Part shown: positions 39,623 through 50,759 of the stretch, one piece after another
Layout of the letters: each line of letters starts with the position of its first letter
How positions within the stretch are numbered: position 1 is the first letter of the stretch
Origin: Nostoc sp. DedSLP01
GTDB lineage: Bacteria; Cyanobacteriota; Cyanobacteriia; Cyanobacteriales; Nostocaceae
Length of the DNA: 64,000 bases
Reading direction: 5' to 3'
NCBI GenBank assembly: GCA_034530875.2
Contig: JAVRCJ020000003.1
Span: forward strand, 288,001 to 352,000
Position numbers and translations under genes: made by a program
Notes under the pieces: model-generated
What the model was told of the DNA's origin: nothing
What the model saw: the letters and a program-made list of their open reading frames with translations, nothing else
The model's database searches: none

Positions 39623-39991
39623 TTAAATTGTTGCTTTTCTTACAGTATCGGAACTTTTGTTTGCAGATAGTTCCTTCGTACCCAACAAATGATGTATCTC
39701 GTCTAAAGAATTTGGTGCAGTAGATTCTTCTGGACACTCACTCACAAATTCAATCAACTCTTCTACTTGACAATTCAAAGCTTTGCAAAACCGAATAATT
39801 ATCTCAATACGATCTGTTCCAGTTCTACCACTTTCCCAGTTTTGAATAGTGCTTTCAGTCACACCAACAAGACGCGATAACTCAAGCTGTGTTAGCCCTG
39901 CCTTTTCTCGAAGCAAAGCAATCCTTGGTTTTGGCTTTTGTTTCACAGGTACAGCACTTTTATTACGATCTATAGTGGTAAATCCTAGCAT
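39623..39991 (-). CDS. XRE-family HTH transcriptional regulator
   Basis: LREKAGLTQLELSRLVGVTESTIQNWESG. Confidence 0.9.
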   Translation of the reverse strand: MLGFTTIDRNKSAVPVKQKPKPRIALLREKAGLTQLELSRLVGVTESTIQNWESGRTGTDRIEIIIRFCKALNCQVEELIEFVSECPEESTAPNSLDEIHHLLGTKELSANKSSDTVRKATI

Positions 39992-40261
39992 TAAAAATCT
40001 ATCATTTATAAAATTACTAAAAAATTTTAGTCTTAAGTATAGAATTCAGGATTCAGGATTCAGAATTGAGGAGTAAAATAAGGTTTACACTAGCTAGGAT
40101 TTGATACGGAAATTGCGTACTTTGTTTTCTTGAAAATTCTGTGTATTTGGTAAAAATAATTAATGTATAAATTTTATTACTATTAGTAATAGTAACTAAA
40201 TAAAAAATAAAGTCAAAACATGATTCTTCAATTCTGAATTCTGAATTCTGACTCCTGAATT

Positions 40262-41524
40262 CTATTTAAGTAATAGATAAAATAGTTGCCCATTACTAAC
40301 TGTGACACCAGCACGATCGCCTGCTATTTTACCAGTACCTAAAAAATAATCGACTCTACCTGCACCTTTAATTGCGCCTCCGGTATCTTGGTCGAGAACA
40401 TAACGGCTAATAATCCGTTCTTCCATATTTCCCGTAGAATTAACGAAGGGAATAGAAGCCCGAATTAATGCTAAAGCACCAGGAGGCATGAGAGATTTAT
40501 CTGTAGCAATAGAACGCTCTGCTGTTAGTGGTACATTAATAGAACCTTGGGCTGGTTCGCCGTGGTTTTCTTGAAAAAAAACAAAGCTGCGATCGCGAGG
40601 AATATAAATATTCAATTCTTGGGGATATCTTTGGAAATAATCGAAAATAACAGGCATAGTCATACCTTCTAAAGGTAGCTTGCCATCATCCGCTAATTCT
40701 CGCCCAATACTTTTGTAATTATAAGCAGTATTACCCGCATAACCTATGCTGGTTTGAGTGCCGTCAGTGAGTTGCAGTTTCGCCGAACCTTGAATTTGAA
40801 CTAAATATGGTTCGAGGCGATCGCGGAACCAAAATAATTCTAAACCTCGCAATTTACCTTTTGCGCCTTGTAAACCGTCTGCTCCTTCTAATTCTAAGCG
40901 TGTAGGATGAGGTTTAGGCCAAGAATTGAAATCAGGAGGTAATCGATAAACAGGATAGCGATATTCTTTTGTAGGGACGCGACTAGCGGTGTAAAGCGGT
41001 TCGTAATAGGCAGTGAATAAGACAGCACCTTTGTTATCTTTACCGATTGATTGGTAATAAACAAATTCTTTTTCTATAGCTTGATGTAACTCTGTTGGGG
41101 AATTAGTTGTTAATATGATTTCCCGGAATCTGTTCAAGCTTTTGAATACGCGATCGCGGTTAATTCCAGCCACCTGATAATTTTGGTAAGCAGCCGCAGC
41201 TGCTTGAGTTTGCAGGTATTGTAAACTGCGATCGATAGCTGTCAATAATGCCTTTTTATCTGTTATTTCTCCATCAATAACATCATCAAAACAAGAAGCA
41301 TCGCCCTGACAACAAGTAACAGGTTTCCTTTTGATTAATACTGCTTTTTGCTTTTTATCCGCTAATGACGCTGGTATATCCCACTTTTTTACCCTACATT
41401 CTGCCGGACTCAGTTCCCGACTTGCCAAGGATTGTATTCTCAACAAAGAAATTGACAACACTACAAGTACGCTGATAGCGATAAAGTTATGAAACTTTCC
41501 TAACTCAGCAAGTATCTTTTTCAT
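40262..41524 (-). CDS. mltA: Murein transglycosylase A
   Basis: FTAYYEP, QIQGS, SFVFF, DQDTGGAIKG..RVDYF.G; start uncertain (41524 or 41575). Confidence 0.93.
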   Translation of the reverse strand: MKKILAELGKFHNFIAISVLVVLSISLLRIQSLASRELSPAECRVKKWDIPASLADKKQKAVLIKRKPVTCCQGDASCFDDVIDGEITDKKALLTAIDRSLQYLQTQAAAAAYQNYQVAGINRDRVFKSLNRFREIILTTNSPTELHQAIEKEFVYYQSIGKDNKGAVLFTAYYEPLYTASRVPTKEYRYPVYRLPPDFNSWPKPHPTRLELEGADGLQGAKGKLRGLELFWFRDRLEPYLVQIQGSAKLQLTDGTQTSIGYAGNTAYNYKSIGRELADDGKLPLEGMTMPVIFDYFQRYPQELNIYIPRDRSFVFFQENHGEPAQGSINVPLTAERSIATDKSLMPPGALALIRASIPFVNSTGNMEERIISRYVLDQDTGGAIKGAGRVDYFLGTGKIAGDRAGVTVSNGQLFYLLLK

Positions 41525-41600
41525 TAAATTTAGAGTACAAAAATTTCCCCGCTTCTCACTCCCTACCTCACCCAAAAGTTTGGGTTACTCACTAGTCTTT

Positions 41601-42926
41601 TTATTCATTCATATTTCGGTAAGTAGCTACTGCTGAAGGCGATATTCGGTTCAAATATCGGAATATCCAATATTTGAAAATGGTATCTAAAATTACTGGG
41701 AATGTGGCAATGAATAAGAAAATAAAATCTCGATTTGCTGGTAATCCCCAGTGGCGAGATACACCTTCTAAAAGTACTTCCCAACCATGAGGAGAGTGGA
41801 ATCCGACGAATATATCGGTAAACAAGATAATAATGAATGCTTTGGCACTGTCGCTAAGTCCATAAACTACATGATCGAAGAAATCTTTTACTACAGCAAT
41901 AGAAGACTTGCTAGTAAGTAAAAGCCAGATAAAAGCGACCACAGAAAACATATCTGCGAAGACATTTTTAATCGAATTAGAGCTTTCTTTGCGAAATTCT
42001 TCAGCAATCTCTGCCGCCTTCTCTTTTAGCTCCGTTTCCAGATATTCAGGAGACAATGGAGGAGCATTAGTAATCATATTTTCAAACTTGATTCTTTCTT
42101 CAAACCTTTGTAATTCTTCTAATGCTTCCTCTTCCATCTCCGAATTCAAGAATACCTGCATTTGCTCGCTAGTTCTGAATCGCTCAACAGCCGGGCCAAC
42201 TATAAAAGCTTTTGCTATTTGATGCGTCAAAAGTGGTACGATAATTAGGAGTAAAATAAATCTGATAGATATTATTGTCCTTCTTTGAGCTTGACGAAAG
42301 CTCTGAATTACCTCTTCTTCCGAATTAGGATCTAATTCAACTTGCAAACGACTAATAGTACTTAAAATAGAACGGGGTAAAACTCCCATTGTATCGGTTT
42401 TACCCTTCGGTTTTTTATCTAATTTTTTATCCACATCTTGAGTTGCTATTTTCGGCGGTACTGCTGGAATAATTGGTGAGTCAAGTGGTGGAGTCGGAGA
42501 TTTTACGGCTACGACTTGAGAAGTAGTTTGTTCGGGAACTGTTGTGTATTTGGATATAATCCCATCGATAAAATTCAGCCTTTCTAAAACGAAAGTAGGA
42601 CTGAGGTATTCTATGCCTGCTTTATTAGCAGCTTTTTGATTTTCTTCATCTAGAAACCAACGGCTGGCTCTAAATTCTGTCAGCCGCATCCTGGCAATTT
42701 TTAATAGCTTGTTTAAGTCTGCCTCAAAATAATCCATGACTGTGTTACTGTACATGGCTGAATTGATGTCTATTTTATTACCATTAAAATGCTTATCTTC
42801 TATTTCCTTAATCTTTAATGCTGCATCGTAAGCTTCATTTAAAGAACGTTCGGGAGTCTGTAAGTACCGTCGATAAGCAGCAAGTAAGAAAGAATAGATT
42901 TTTTGGCTAAAAACAGAGTTTTTCAT
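41601..42926 (-). CDS. pxcA: Proton extrusion protein PxcA (CemA/CotA)
   Basis: KAFIIILFTDIFVGFHSPHGWE...FPVILDTIFKYWIFRYLNRISPSAVATY. Confidence 0.95.
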   Translation of the reverse strand: MKNSVFSQKIYSFLLAAYRRYLQTPERSLNEAYDAALKIKEIEDKHFNGNKIDINSAMYSNTVMDYFEADLNKLLKIARMRLTEFRASRWFLDEENQKAANKAGIEYLSPTFVLERLNFIDGIISKYTTVPEQTTSQVVAVKSPTPPLDSPIIPAVPPKIATQDVDKKLDKKPKGKTDTMGVLPRSILSTISRLQVELDPNSEEEVIQSFRQAQRRTIISIRFILLLIIVPLLTHQIAKAFIVGPAVERFRTSEQMQVFLNSEMEEEALEELQRFEERIKFENMITNAPPLSPEYLETELKEKAAEIAEEFRKESSNSIKNVFADMFSVVAFIWLLLTSKSSIAVVKDFFDHVVYGLSDSAKAFIIILFTDIFVGFHSPHGWEVLLEGVSRHWGLPANRDFIFLFIATFPVILDTIFKYWIFRYLNRISPSAVATYRNMNE

Positions 42927-43013
42927 TGCAAACAATCATCCAGCATTATTTGGTGATTCTTAACCCTAAGTTAACGCACGAGGTATACTAGCAAATCTAC
43001 AAGGAGAAAGTTT

Positions 43014-45260
43014 GTGGTTTCTCATTCGGTTTGGATTGTTGGCACTAGCCGCAGTGGCAAGACAGCTCGTTTGGTAGAGCAATTTTGTAGTTGGGTAGAA
43101 CCTAAAAATAAGTACATTGAATTATTTTATACTAAAAACAACGGACGTGAAAAAGGTGGCAATGCCTCCAAATTTTTATATCTTAAGCCAACAGAACCAG
43201 GAGTTTTAGTCTTAGCTGCGAATGATGATAATCGTCGAGAACTAGGAGATAGAATTGTTACATTTACTTTAGGGAAATATCCGGTTCGTGCTAAGACACC
43301 GTTAGGTTTTTTTCAGGATGAGGTTATTTTATTTTGGCCTTTGCTAATTAATTCGTTGAACCTCAAAGCCCATTTCCCGGTAAGATTGCGGCCAGAAACC
43401 GAACAAGAGCTAGCAACCAAGCTGTGGCGTTCTCAATTAGACGAAGAAATTTTACGTCTTGCGGGTGTGAATGAGTCTCGTTTAGTACGTCGCATCTTAG
43501 ACTTATTCCAATTAGCAGCCTATAGTGGCGTACCTTGTGAAGATATTGCGCGGATTTTAGCTAGGGGTTTAGGGGAGAATAACACAAATTTAGACCCGGA
43601 ATTTTTAGCGTCTTTGCTGTTAGATTGGCGTAACTGGTGTTTAGAAAGGGGATTGTTAACTTATGGGATTATTACTGAACTTTATAGCCAGCATTTATTA
43701 AGCGATCGCAATTACCAAAAGCACTTAACAAAACGCTATCAAGCAGTACTTGCGGATGATGTCGATGATTATCCAGGGGTAGCGCGTCTGTTGTTTGAGT
43801 TGCTGTTAGACCAAGGCGCAGTTGGGGCGTTTAGTTATAATCCCGATGGTGCAGTGCGATTGGGATTGGGAGCAGACCCGAACTATCTAGAAGGCTTAGC
43901 AGACCGTTGTCGAGTAGAAACGTTGACTGAGCCGCCTCCAGAGTCTTTAGGACAACAACTAGCTACGCAAATGGTGGAATTAGTTACAGAGTCCGTAATG
44001 CCGTTGAGTTTACCAGAAATCGTCCACTCAATTCAAACCACTTCCCGCGCCCAACTATTGCGCCAAACAGCACAAACGATCGCCAATGCGATCCAATCAA
44101 AGCAAGTGGAACCGGAAGAAGTAGCAATTATAGCACCAGGTTTAGATGCGATCGCTCGTTATACCCTAGTAGAAATCCTCGTCAAGCAAAACATCCAGGT
44201 AGAATCGCTCAACGACCAACGCCCTCTAATTAGTTCGCCAGTCATTCGCGCATTGCTCACCATACTGGCACTAGTTTATCCCGGCTTAGGACGCCTTGTA
44301 GATCGGGATGCCGTGGCAGAAATGCTGGTTGTCTTGAGCAGAAAACAACAACCATTAGAAAGCACAGAGGCGATAAATCGTGCAGACGCGATGAATCGCG
44401 TTTCTACGACAGACATTGACCCGGTACGCGCTGGTTTAATAGCAGATTACTGCTTTGTACCCCACCCCGACCGACCCAACTTGCTATCAGTCTCAGCCTT
44501 CGAGCGTTGGGATCGAATTGGGTATGCAGCTACTACAGCTTATAACGAGATATTACAGTGGTTAGAACAGCAGCGATCGCAACAAGAACAGCGTTTAATT
44601 CCCAGCCCCATTTCCCTATTAGATAGGGCAATTGTGCGTTTTTTGTGGAATGGTAGCAATCTCCCTTACGAACAACTAGCAGCATTGCGGGAATTATTAG
44701 AAACCGCCCAACACTATTGGGAAATTGATACAAGACTACGACAAAGCAATTCAAAATTATCCCCCGATCTCCCCATCTCTCCATCTCCCAATCTCCCCAT
44801 CTCCCCATCTCCTTCAACCGCTACTATTATCGAATTCATTCAGCTATTGCGACGCGGTACTATCACCGCCAACCCTTATCCGGTGCGTCCCATTGGTGGA
44901 GCGAGAAAAGCTGTAACTTTAGCAACTATATTTCAATATCGATCTAGTAGGCGATCGCATCGTTGGCATTTTTGGCTAGATGCTGGTTCGCCTCTATGGG
45001 CCAAAGGTGGTGCGGCCACATTGTTCGGTGCGCCATTTTTCCTGCAAAACAGATTAGGCGAATCTTGGACAGCAGAAGATGAAAAATTAGCAGAACAACA
45101 ACGACTGCGTAGGATTTTGGCAGATTTGCTGTCTCGTGTATCCCAGAGAGTTTATTTGTGTCACAGCGATTTAGCCGTGAATGGACAAGAGCAACTAGGG
45201 CCGCTGTTACCCTTAGTGAATGCCTGTGTCACAGTTATTTCTGAAACTAGTGTTAATTAA
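43014..45260 (+). CDS. P-loop protein resembling a degenerate UvrD/SF1 helicase
   Basis: GTSRSGKT Walker A; VLADDVDDY at the Walker B position; VAIIAP; LLSRVSQRVYL resembles motif VI. Confidence 0.7.
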   Translation: MVSHSVWIVGTSRSGKTARLVEQFCSWVEPKNKYIELFYTKNNGREKGGNASKFLYLKPTEPGVLVLAANDDNRRELGDRIVTFTLGKYPVRAKTPLGFFQDEVILFWPLLINSLNLKAHFPVRLRPETEQELATKLWRSQLDEEILRLAGVNESRLVRRILDLFQLAAYSGVPCEDIARILARGLGENNTNLDPEFLASLLLDWRNWCLERGLLTYGIITELYSQHLLSDRNYQKHLTKRYQAVLADDVDDYPGVARLLFELLLDQGAVGAFSYNPDGAVRLGLGADPNYLEGLADRCRVETLTEPPPESLGQQLATQMVELVTESVMPLSLPEIVHSIQTTSRAQLLRQTAQTIANAIQSKQVEPEEVAIIAPGLDAIARYTLVEILVKQNIQVESLNDQRPLISSPVIRALLTILALVYPGLGRLVDRDAVAEMLVVLSRKQQPLESTEAINRADAMNRVSTTDIDPVRAGLIADYCFVPHPDRPNLLSVSAFERWDRIGYAATTAYNEILQWLEQQRSQQEQRLIPSPISLLDRAIVRFLWNGSNLPYEQLAALRELLETAQHYWEIDTRLRQSNSKLSPDLPISPSPNLPISPSPSTATIIEFIQLLRRGTITANPYPVRPIGGARKAVTLATIFQYRSSRRSHRWHFWLDAGSPLWAKGGAATLFGAPFFLQNRLGESWTAEDEKLAEQQRLRRILADLLSRVSQRVYLCHSDLAVNGQEQLGPLLPLVNACVTVISETSVN

Positions 45261-45401
45261 AGCTATACCAATTTGAAATAAAGAATGCCAAAAATTGTTG
45301 TAGAGACGCGATGAATCGCGTCTTTACTATTAACGTATTTTTACTATTAATACGATTCGGTGTAGCTAACAGACGAAATAAATCGCCGTCTCTACAAAAT
45401 G

Positions 45402-45926
45402 TTATTTTATAATAGATTTAAACAATAAAAATATATTCTTATACTGATTAGTAATTACCAAATTTTTAAGATTTATTTTTGGATTCAATATTTGCCGACT
45501 TAGTGGCTGTTGGTGAGGTGGAATAGGAGAACTAGCAGGCACTTTATTACGCCATAGAATCAAAGGAATACAGAAAATTCCTAAAATAATTATTACTACA
45601 GTCATAATCCAAACAATTAATCTATTTGGTTTATAATCTCCGCGTTCAATTTGCCAAAAAACTTGATTGTATCGCCACGCAGCGAACGCAATTGTGAAAA
45701 TTCCAGCAATTACTAAAGCCAGTCCCAAATTTTCTGAATTAGTTAATGGATTTACCTGAGTTTCTTGTTGAGTAATAGCAAGATTAAGCTGCCGCAAAAA
45801 TATACCAAATCGGGCAATAGCAATTCCAAAACTAATTAATGCAATAGAAGTGCGTAGCCAAGCTAAAAAAGTACGTTCGTTCGCTTGATGCTCCCTTTGA
45901 CGGTCAATTTTCGGTATTTTATCCAT
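45402..45926 (-). CDS. YidH/DUF202 membrane protein
   Basis: ANERTFLAWLRT. Confidence 0.9.
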   Translation of the reverse strand: MDKIPKIDRQREHQANERTFLAWLRTSIALISFGIAIARFGIFLRQLNLAITQQETQVNPLTNSENLGLALVIAGIFTIAFAAWRYNQVFWQIERGDYKPNRLIVWIMTVVIIILGIFCIPLILWRNKVPASSPIPPHQQPLSRQILNPKINLKNLVITNQYKNIFLLFKSIIK

Positions 45927-46034
45927 AAGTATCTAAACAAAGTGACACTTATAGCATTACTAAATAAGTTGTGAAATTAGTTATAGAGATAGGCAATAGA
46001 TTTTTTCACTAATGATTTAGGATTGCTATATTTT

Positions 46035-47039
46035 CTACAACCGCTTTACTTCGCCTTGTTTTTGCAAAAACTCTTTGAGTTTATTTTTATGAAACTGCTG
46101 ATATTCATTTAATCTATATTGATGGATAGGAATTCCAAAAATTGCCTGTTCTCCTTCCAGAACTCGTGCTATTTGATTGTTCACATCTGGATGATAGTGA
46201 CTACCATCATAAGTATTATCTGTTCTGATAGTGATCTCTGAAGGATATGAGAAATCATAGGTTAGATCGTAGGTCTTTGAAGCTTCATAAATTGCCTGTA
46301 ATTGGCAGTCTAGTAAACCGCGAGCATAGCTCTCATTGAAAAGCTTCCAAACTGAGATTGGTGGCACATACCCAATAATTTTAGCATTTGGGAATATATT
46401 TCGTATTTGTCGATAATAAGCTATGCGCTGGAAGTTACATTTCTCCTGAGTCTTTTGATTTGAAAGTTTAGGTTTGTATTTAGGAGCATTCTCAAAAATT
46501 TTACCTTGGAAGTCTCCATCGTAAAATCTAATTTCTGTATTTAGCCTAAAAACTGTTTTTAAAGACATCTGTAAAGTGTCTATCGAAAATATATATGGCT
46601 GATAGATGGGTTTTGGTTCTGCTACCTCCACTTTATTTTTAAAAGATGTCTTTTTGTCGAAAGTAAAATTGTAAGCGTCTATCCCCACATATACTTTTTT
46701 GGGATTAATTCCTTTATCTTTAACGTATTGGGCATATTTAGCAATTTCTTCAGATGTGGCAGCACTGAAGGAATAATTGAAACAAAAATTATTTTTGAGA
46801 GCTTTACTACCTAAAAGGGTGACACGAGAACTACCAAAAATCACGCAATCATACTTTTGGCGAGCGCTATGCAAAAATAGATTAGTTTTGGTCAACCTCT
46901 CGTTATATGGAACATTGACTTGATTTAGCTTGTTGCCTTTATTGTACCAAAGTGGGTCAACACCTAAATTAACTGCTCCAATCAATAATAAAAGCGTACT
47001 TACCATCGTGAGGTACGTTTTCAAATAAGCAAGCATCAT
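46035..47039 (-). CDS. SGNH-like exported protein, putative O-acetyltransferase partner
   Basis: N-terminal TM, VDP, FGSSR and C-terminal DGSH (DxxH); 12 bp downstream of MBOAT gene. Confidence 0.65.
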   Translation of the reverse strand: MMLAYLKTYLTMVSTLLLLIGAVNLGVDPLWYNKGNKLNQVNVPYNERLTKTNLFLHSARQKYDCVIFGSSRVTLLGSKALKNNFCFNYSFSAATSEEIAKYAQYVKDKGINPKKVYVGIDAYNFTFDKKTSFKNKVEVAEPKPIYQPYIFSIDTLQMSLKTVFRLNTEIRFYDGDFQGKIFENAPKYKPKLSNQKTQEKCNFQRIAYYRQIRNIFPNAKIIGYVPPISVWKLFNESYARGLLDCQLQAIYEASKTYDLTYDFSYPSEITIRTDNTYDGSHYHPDVNNQIARVLEGEQAIFGIPIHQYRLNEYQQFHKNKLKEFLQKQGEVKRL

Positions 47040-47051
47040 ATTTGATTATCC

Positions 47052-48557
47052 TTAGAACTGAAAATACACAAACTCACTAACTTTGGTAAGATGCAACAAT
47101 GCGATCGCAGTTAAAACTGAAACAATTGCGGCATAGCTTTGATTAGGTTGCCAATAGAATTTAGACCAGAAAAGGCTATTAGATGAAAGTTTTTTGATTT
47201 TTTCATAATTTAAGACTGGCTCATACTTGCTCATCCATTCCTGAACATTAGGTGTAAACCAGACAATTGCCAGTAAAATACAAATATCAATAATTGCTTT
47301 TTTTAATCCAGATGCAATAATTTGAGTACTAAACAATAGGCCATTTAATCCCACCATGCCTTTGACAATTACAAATGCTGTACTCATGTTTTCTGCTCTG
47401 AAGAATACCCACCCGAAGACAACTGCTATAAATGTTATGAGCCAAGCTAGTTTTAGGCTTATCCAGTTATCTGTTTTCAGATTGTATTGTTTTTGTAAAA
47501 CATTCCATTGGTGGTTAATGCTTAGATAAGCTCCATGTAACCCACCCCAGAAGAGAAATTGCCAGCCTTCACCATGCCAAATTCCTCCCAGCAGCATGGT
47601 AATCATCAAATTCAAACTACGTCTGATCTCACCTTTGCGATTACCACCTAAAGGAATGTATAGGTAATCTCGAAGAAAGTTAGAAAGAGTGATATGCCAT
47701 CTACGCCAGAAGTCACTAATACTAATAGCTTTGTAAGGGGAGAAGAAGTTTGTTGGTAACTTAATCCCGAACATCCTAGCTATTCCAATAGCCATATCGG
47801 AATAACCAGAAAAATCAAAGTACAACTGCAAAGCATAGGCTAAAGCACCAATCCAAGATTCTAAAAATGTCGGGAATACACCAGCAGCAGCAGTATTAAA
47901 TACTGGGCTTGCATAAACAGCAATGTTATCTGCAAATACAACTTTCTTAAATAATCCCAGACTAAAAATGGTAATACCGACTGCCATGTTCTCTAAGTTA
48001 AACCGATAGATAGTTTTGTCGGCAAATTGTTGCATTAGCTCTGAATTATGAACAATAGGCCCAGAAATAAGTTTAGGGAAAAAAGCAATAAACAGGCAGT
48101 AGTCTAGAAATTTGGTATCTTTGGTTTCTCCACGATAAGAATCAACCAAGTATGTAATTTGCTGAAAAGTAAAGAACGATATTCCTAATGGCAGGATTAT
48201 CTTTTGGAAATTAAAGTTTATCCCTAATATATCGGCTGCACTTGAAACAAAAAAATTAGCATACTTGAACCAAGCAAGGATGATGATATTAGATGCTATT
48301 CCTAAGCTTAGTAGTGTCTTTTTTTTGCTAGGTGAGTTGTCCTCTTGGTTTAGTATAGAACCTATAGTAAAATTTAAGCCAATTGAAGTTCCAAGCAATA
48401 TTAAATATCTTGGATTCCACCAACCATAAAAAAATAAAGAAGCAATCAATAACCAAGTAATTGCTAATCGGTAATAGCCATATTTACCAATCCAGAAAAA
48501 TATCAAAAGAGTAATTGGCAAAAACAAAAATATAAATTGTAGCGAGCTAAATAACAT
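47052..48557 (-). CDS. MBOAT family O-acyltransferase (AlgI-like)
   Basis: PLGISFFTFQ, YFDFSGYSDMA, FWRRWHITLS, GIWHG. Confidence 0.95.
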   Translation of the reverse strand: MLFSSLQFIFLFLPITLLIFFWIGKYGYYRLAITWLLIASLFFYGWWNPRYLILLGTSIGLNFTIGSILNQEDNSPSKKKTLLSLGIASNIIILAWFKYANFFVSSAADILGINFNFQKIILPLGISFFTFQQITYLVDSYRGETKDTKFLDYCLFIAFFPKLISGPIVHNSELMQQFADKTIYRFNLENMAVGITIFSLGLFKKVVFADNIAVYASPVFNTAAAGVFPTFLESWIGALAYALQLYFDFSGYSDMAIGIARMFGIKLPTNFFSPYKAISISDFWRRWHITLSNFLRDYLYIPLGGNRKGEIRRSLNLMITMLLGGIWHGEGWQFLFWGGLHGAYLSINHQWNVLQKQYNLKTDNWISLKLAWLITFIAVVFGWVFFRAENMSTAFVIVKGMVGLNGLLFSTQIIASGLKKAIIDICILLAIVWFTPNVQEWMSKYEPVLNYEKIKKLSSNSLFWSKFYWQPNQSYAAIVSVLTAIALLHLTKVSEFVYFQF

Positions 48558-48805
48558 ATATTATACTTTTATTATTCCTACAGAAATAAAATTTTGTAGT
48601 TCTATTTTCACAAGCAGATAAATAATATCATGAGTAGATAAATTGTTTCAATTATGTAGATTTATAAAACTTTACGAAAAAGTTACCCATTAATAGTTTG
48701 CTGAAAAGCAATGGCTCTAGTGAGAATTCTGGAAAGACCCCAAGCGATCGCCAAAATCTTTACAATGTTAAATAAGGTAAAGATCTATATTCAGAATCAA
48801 AATCA

Positions 48806-49477
48806 ATGGCACTATTTGGATTTGGCAAAAAGCAAAATATGCCCACACCTGAGGAAGCTTTGCCAGGAAGGGCACAGCCGATGTCGGTACCTGCTCATCA
48901 TTATGTCAACAATAATCCCCTGAAACCTCCTTTCCCCGATGGATTCGAGAAAGCTTTGTTTGGTTTAGGCTGTTTTTGGGGTGCAGAACGTAAATTCTGG
49001 CAACTTCAAGGAGTTTACACCACCGCAGTGGGTTACGCTGCCGGTTTTACGCCCAATCCTACCTATCAAGAGGTATGTACTGGCAGAACCGGACACAATG
49101 AAGTGGTGTTAGTTGTGTTCGATCCGAAAGTAATTAGTTACTCAGAACTGCTGAAAGTCTTTTGGGAAAGTCATAACCCCACCCAAGGTATGCGCCAAGG
49201 TAACGATGTTGGCACTCAATACCGTTCGGGAATTTATGTATACTCTGAAAACCAAAAGCAGCTAGCACAAACATCGCTAGAAGTTTATCAGGAAGCCCTA
49301 AACAACGCAGGCTATGACAAGAAGATTACCACAGAAATCTTAGATGCCCCTGAGTTCTACTACGCAGAAGACTACCATCAACAATACCTAGCGAAAAATC
49401 CCGGCGGCTATTGTGGTTTGGGAGGAACAAACGTTTCTTGTCCCATCGGTTTAGTTGAATCGCAAGTGACTGGTTAA
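48806..49477 (+). CDS. msrA: Peptide-methionine (S)-S-oxide reductase
   Basis: [24 protein letters not shown]. Confidence 0.97.
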   Translation: MALFGFGKKQNMPTPEEALPGRAQPMSVPAHHYVNNNPLKPPFPDGFEKALFGLGCFWGAERKFWQLQGVYTTAVGYAAGFTPNPTYQEVCTGRTGHNEVVLVVFDPKVISYSELLKVFWESHNPTQGMRQGNDVGTQYRSGIYVYSENQKQLAQTSLEVYQEALNNAGYDKKITTEILDAPEFYYAEDYHQQYLAKNPGGYCGLGGTNVSCPIGLVESQVTG

Positions 49478-49566
49478 GTGGGGAATTAGGGAGTAGCGAG
49501 TAGGGAATGGGAAAAAGCAGGATCTTCGCTTCCCTCACTCCCCACTCCCTATTCCCTACTCCCCAC
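49478..49566. repeat. Inverted STRR block between convergent genes
   Basis: gggagta/gggaatg-type units followed by ctcccta/ctcccca-type units. Confidence 0.8.
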
Positions 49567-50759
49567 TAAAATGCAGATTTAAGCAAAGCGATCGCCCATA
49601 CCCATAACATAATACTTATAGGCGCACCAATTAAAATACCAGCGATCGCCCAACCTCTTTGATGGGCTTTGAATTGTTCGATATTGCGCCACTGTCTACT
49701 TTTCCAAGCCCATTCATTGCCTTTGGCACCAAGAGCGATCGCCATTACCCATCCAATATGTGGTATAAAACAGAACAAAGCAAACCATACTTGGTTAGTC
49801 CACATCCAGAACCAAGGCAAGAGAAATGCACCCCAATTCCAACCGAGAATTTCTTCTGGGACTGTCTCTTGGTAATTATTAATACCGCATCCAGAATTGT
49901 TAATAATTTCTTTGGGCGGCAAAAGCTCATATCTGTTTGCAGATTTGACGACTAGACCAGATTTGAGAGCTTTTAGCGCTTGGCGGGCACTAGTAAATCG
50001 TTGTTCTGGTGCTGGTTCTGTCAATTTTTCTAGCCAACTGATAAAACTGCGACTCAGGTTCACTTGGTCTGCAAATTGCAATCGTAAATCCTGCTGGGGT
50101 AAATCAGCTGGGGGAATACCAGTTAGCAAATGAATTAAAGTCGCCCCCAAAGCATAGAGATCTGATGCAGCTACAGCGCGTCCACCAAATTGTTCCATTG
50201 GGGCATAACCATAAGTGCCGACAACAGTAAAAGTAACACCTTCTTTTGCTGCTTTATCCTGAACTGCGCCAAAATCAACTAAATAAATTCGATTATCTTC
50301 ACCCCAGATTAAATTGCTTGGTTTAATATCTCTATGCAATACTCCAGGATTCAATTCATGTAAATATATAAGAATATTTAAGACTTCAACGGCAATTTTT
50401 TTAGCTCGTTTTTCACTAAACCTTTTGCCACTGGCAAGTTTATCCTTGAGTGACTCACCAGGGATATATTCTTGGATTAAGCCAAACCAGAGGGTGCGAT
50501 CGTCAATACAAAAATAATCGATATATTGGGGAATTCGGGGATGATTTAGCTGTTTGAGAATTTGTGCTTCTCTCTCAAAAAGTTTTAAATCATCCCACTG
50601 CACAGTACCGCCAAAAGCCAAAAGTTTGACGACAACGCTGGAATTTTCGCCATTCTCAGCTTTTAAATCCAATGCTTGCCAAGTTTGACGGATTCCGTTG
50701 TTACCGAGTTGGCGTTGAATCTGATAACGGTCTTGTAATATCTGTTCTGCTTGCAGCAT
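49566..50759 (-). CDS. Ser/Thr protein kinase with C-terminal membrane domain
   Basis: VVVK, HRDIKPSN, DFG, GTYGYAPME; C-terminal WNWGAF TM region. Confidence 0.93.
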   Translation of the reverse strand: MLQAEQILQDRYQIQRQLGNNGIRQTWQALDLKAENGENSSVVVKLLAFGGTVQWDDLKLFEREAQILKQLNHPRIPQYIDYFCIDDRTLWFGLIQEYIPGESLKDKLASGKRFSEKRAKKIAVEVLNILIYLHELNPGVLHRDIKPSNLIWGEDNRIYLVDFGAVQDKAAKEGVTFTVVGTYGYAPMEQFGGRAVAASDLYALGATLIHLLTGIPPADLPQQDLRLQFADQVNLSRSFISWLEKLTEPAPEQRFTSARQALKALKSGLVVKSANRYELLPPKEIINNSGCGINNYQETVPEEILGWNWGAFLLPWFWMWTNQVWFALFCFIPHIGWVMAIALGAKGNEWAWKSRQWRNIEQFKAHQRGWAIAGILIGAPISIMLWVWAIALLKSAF

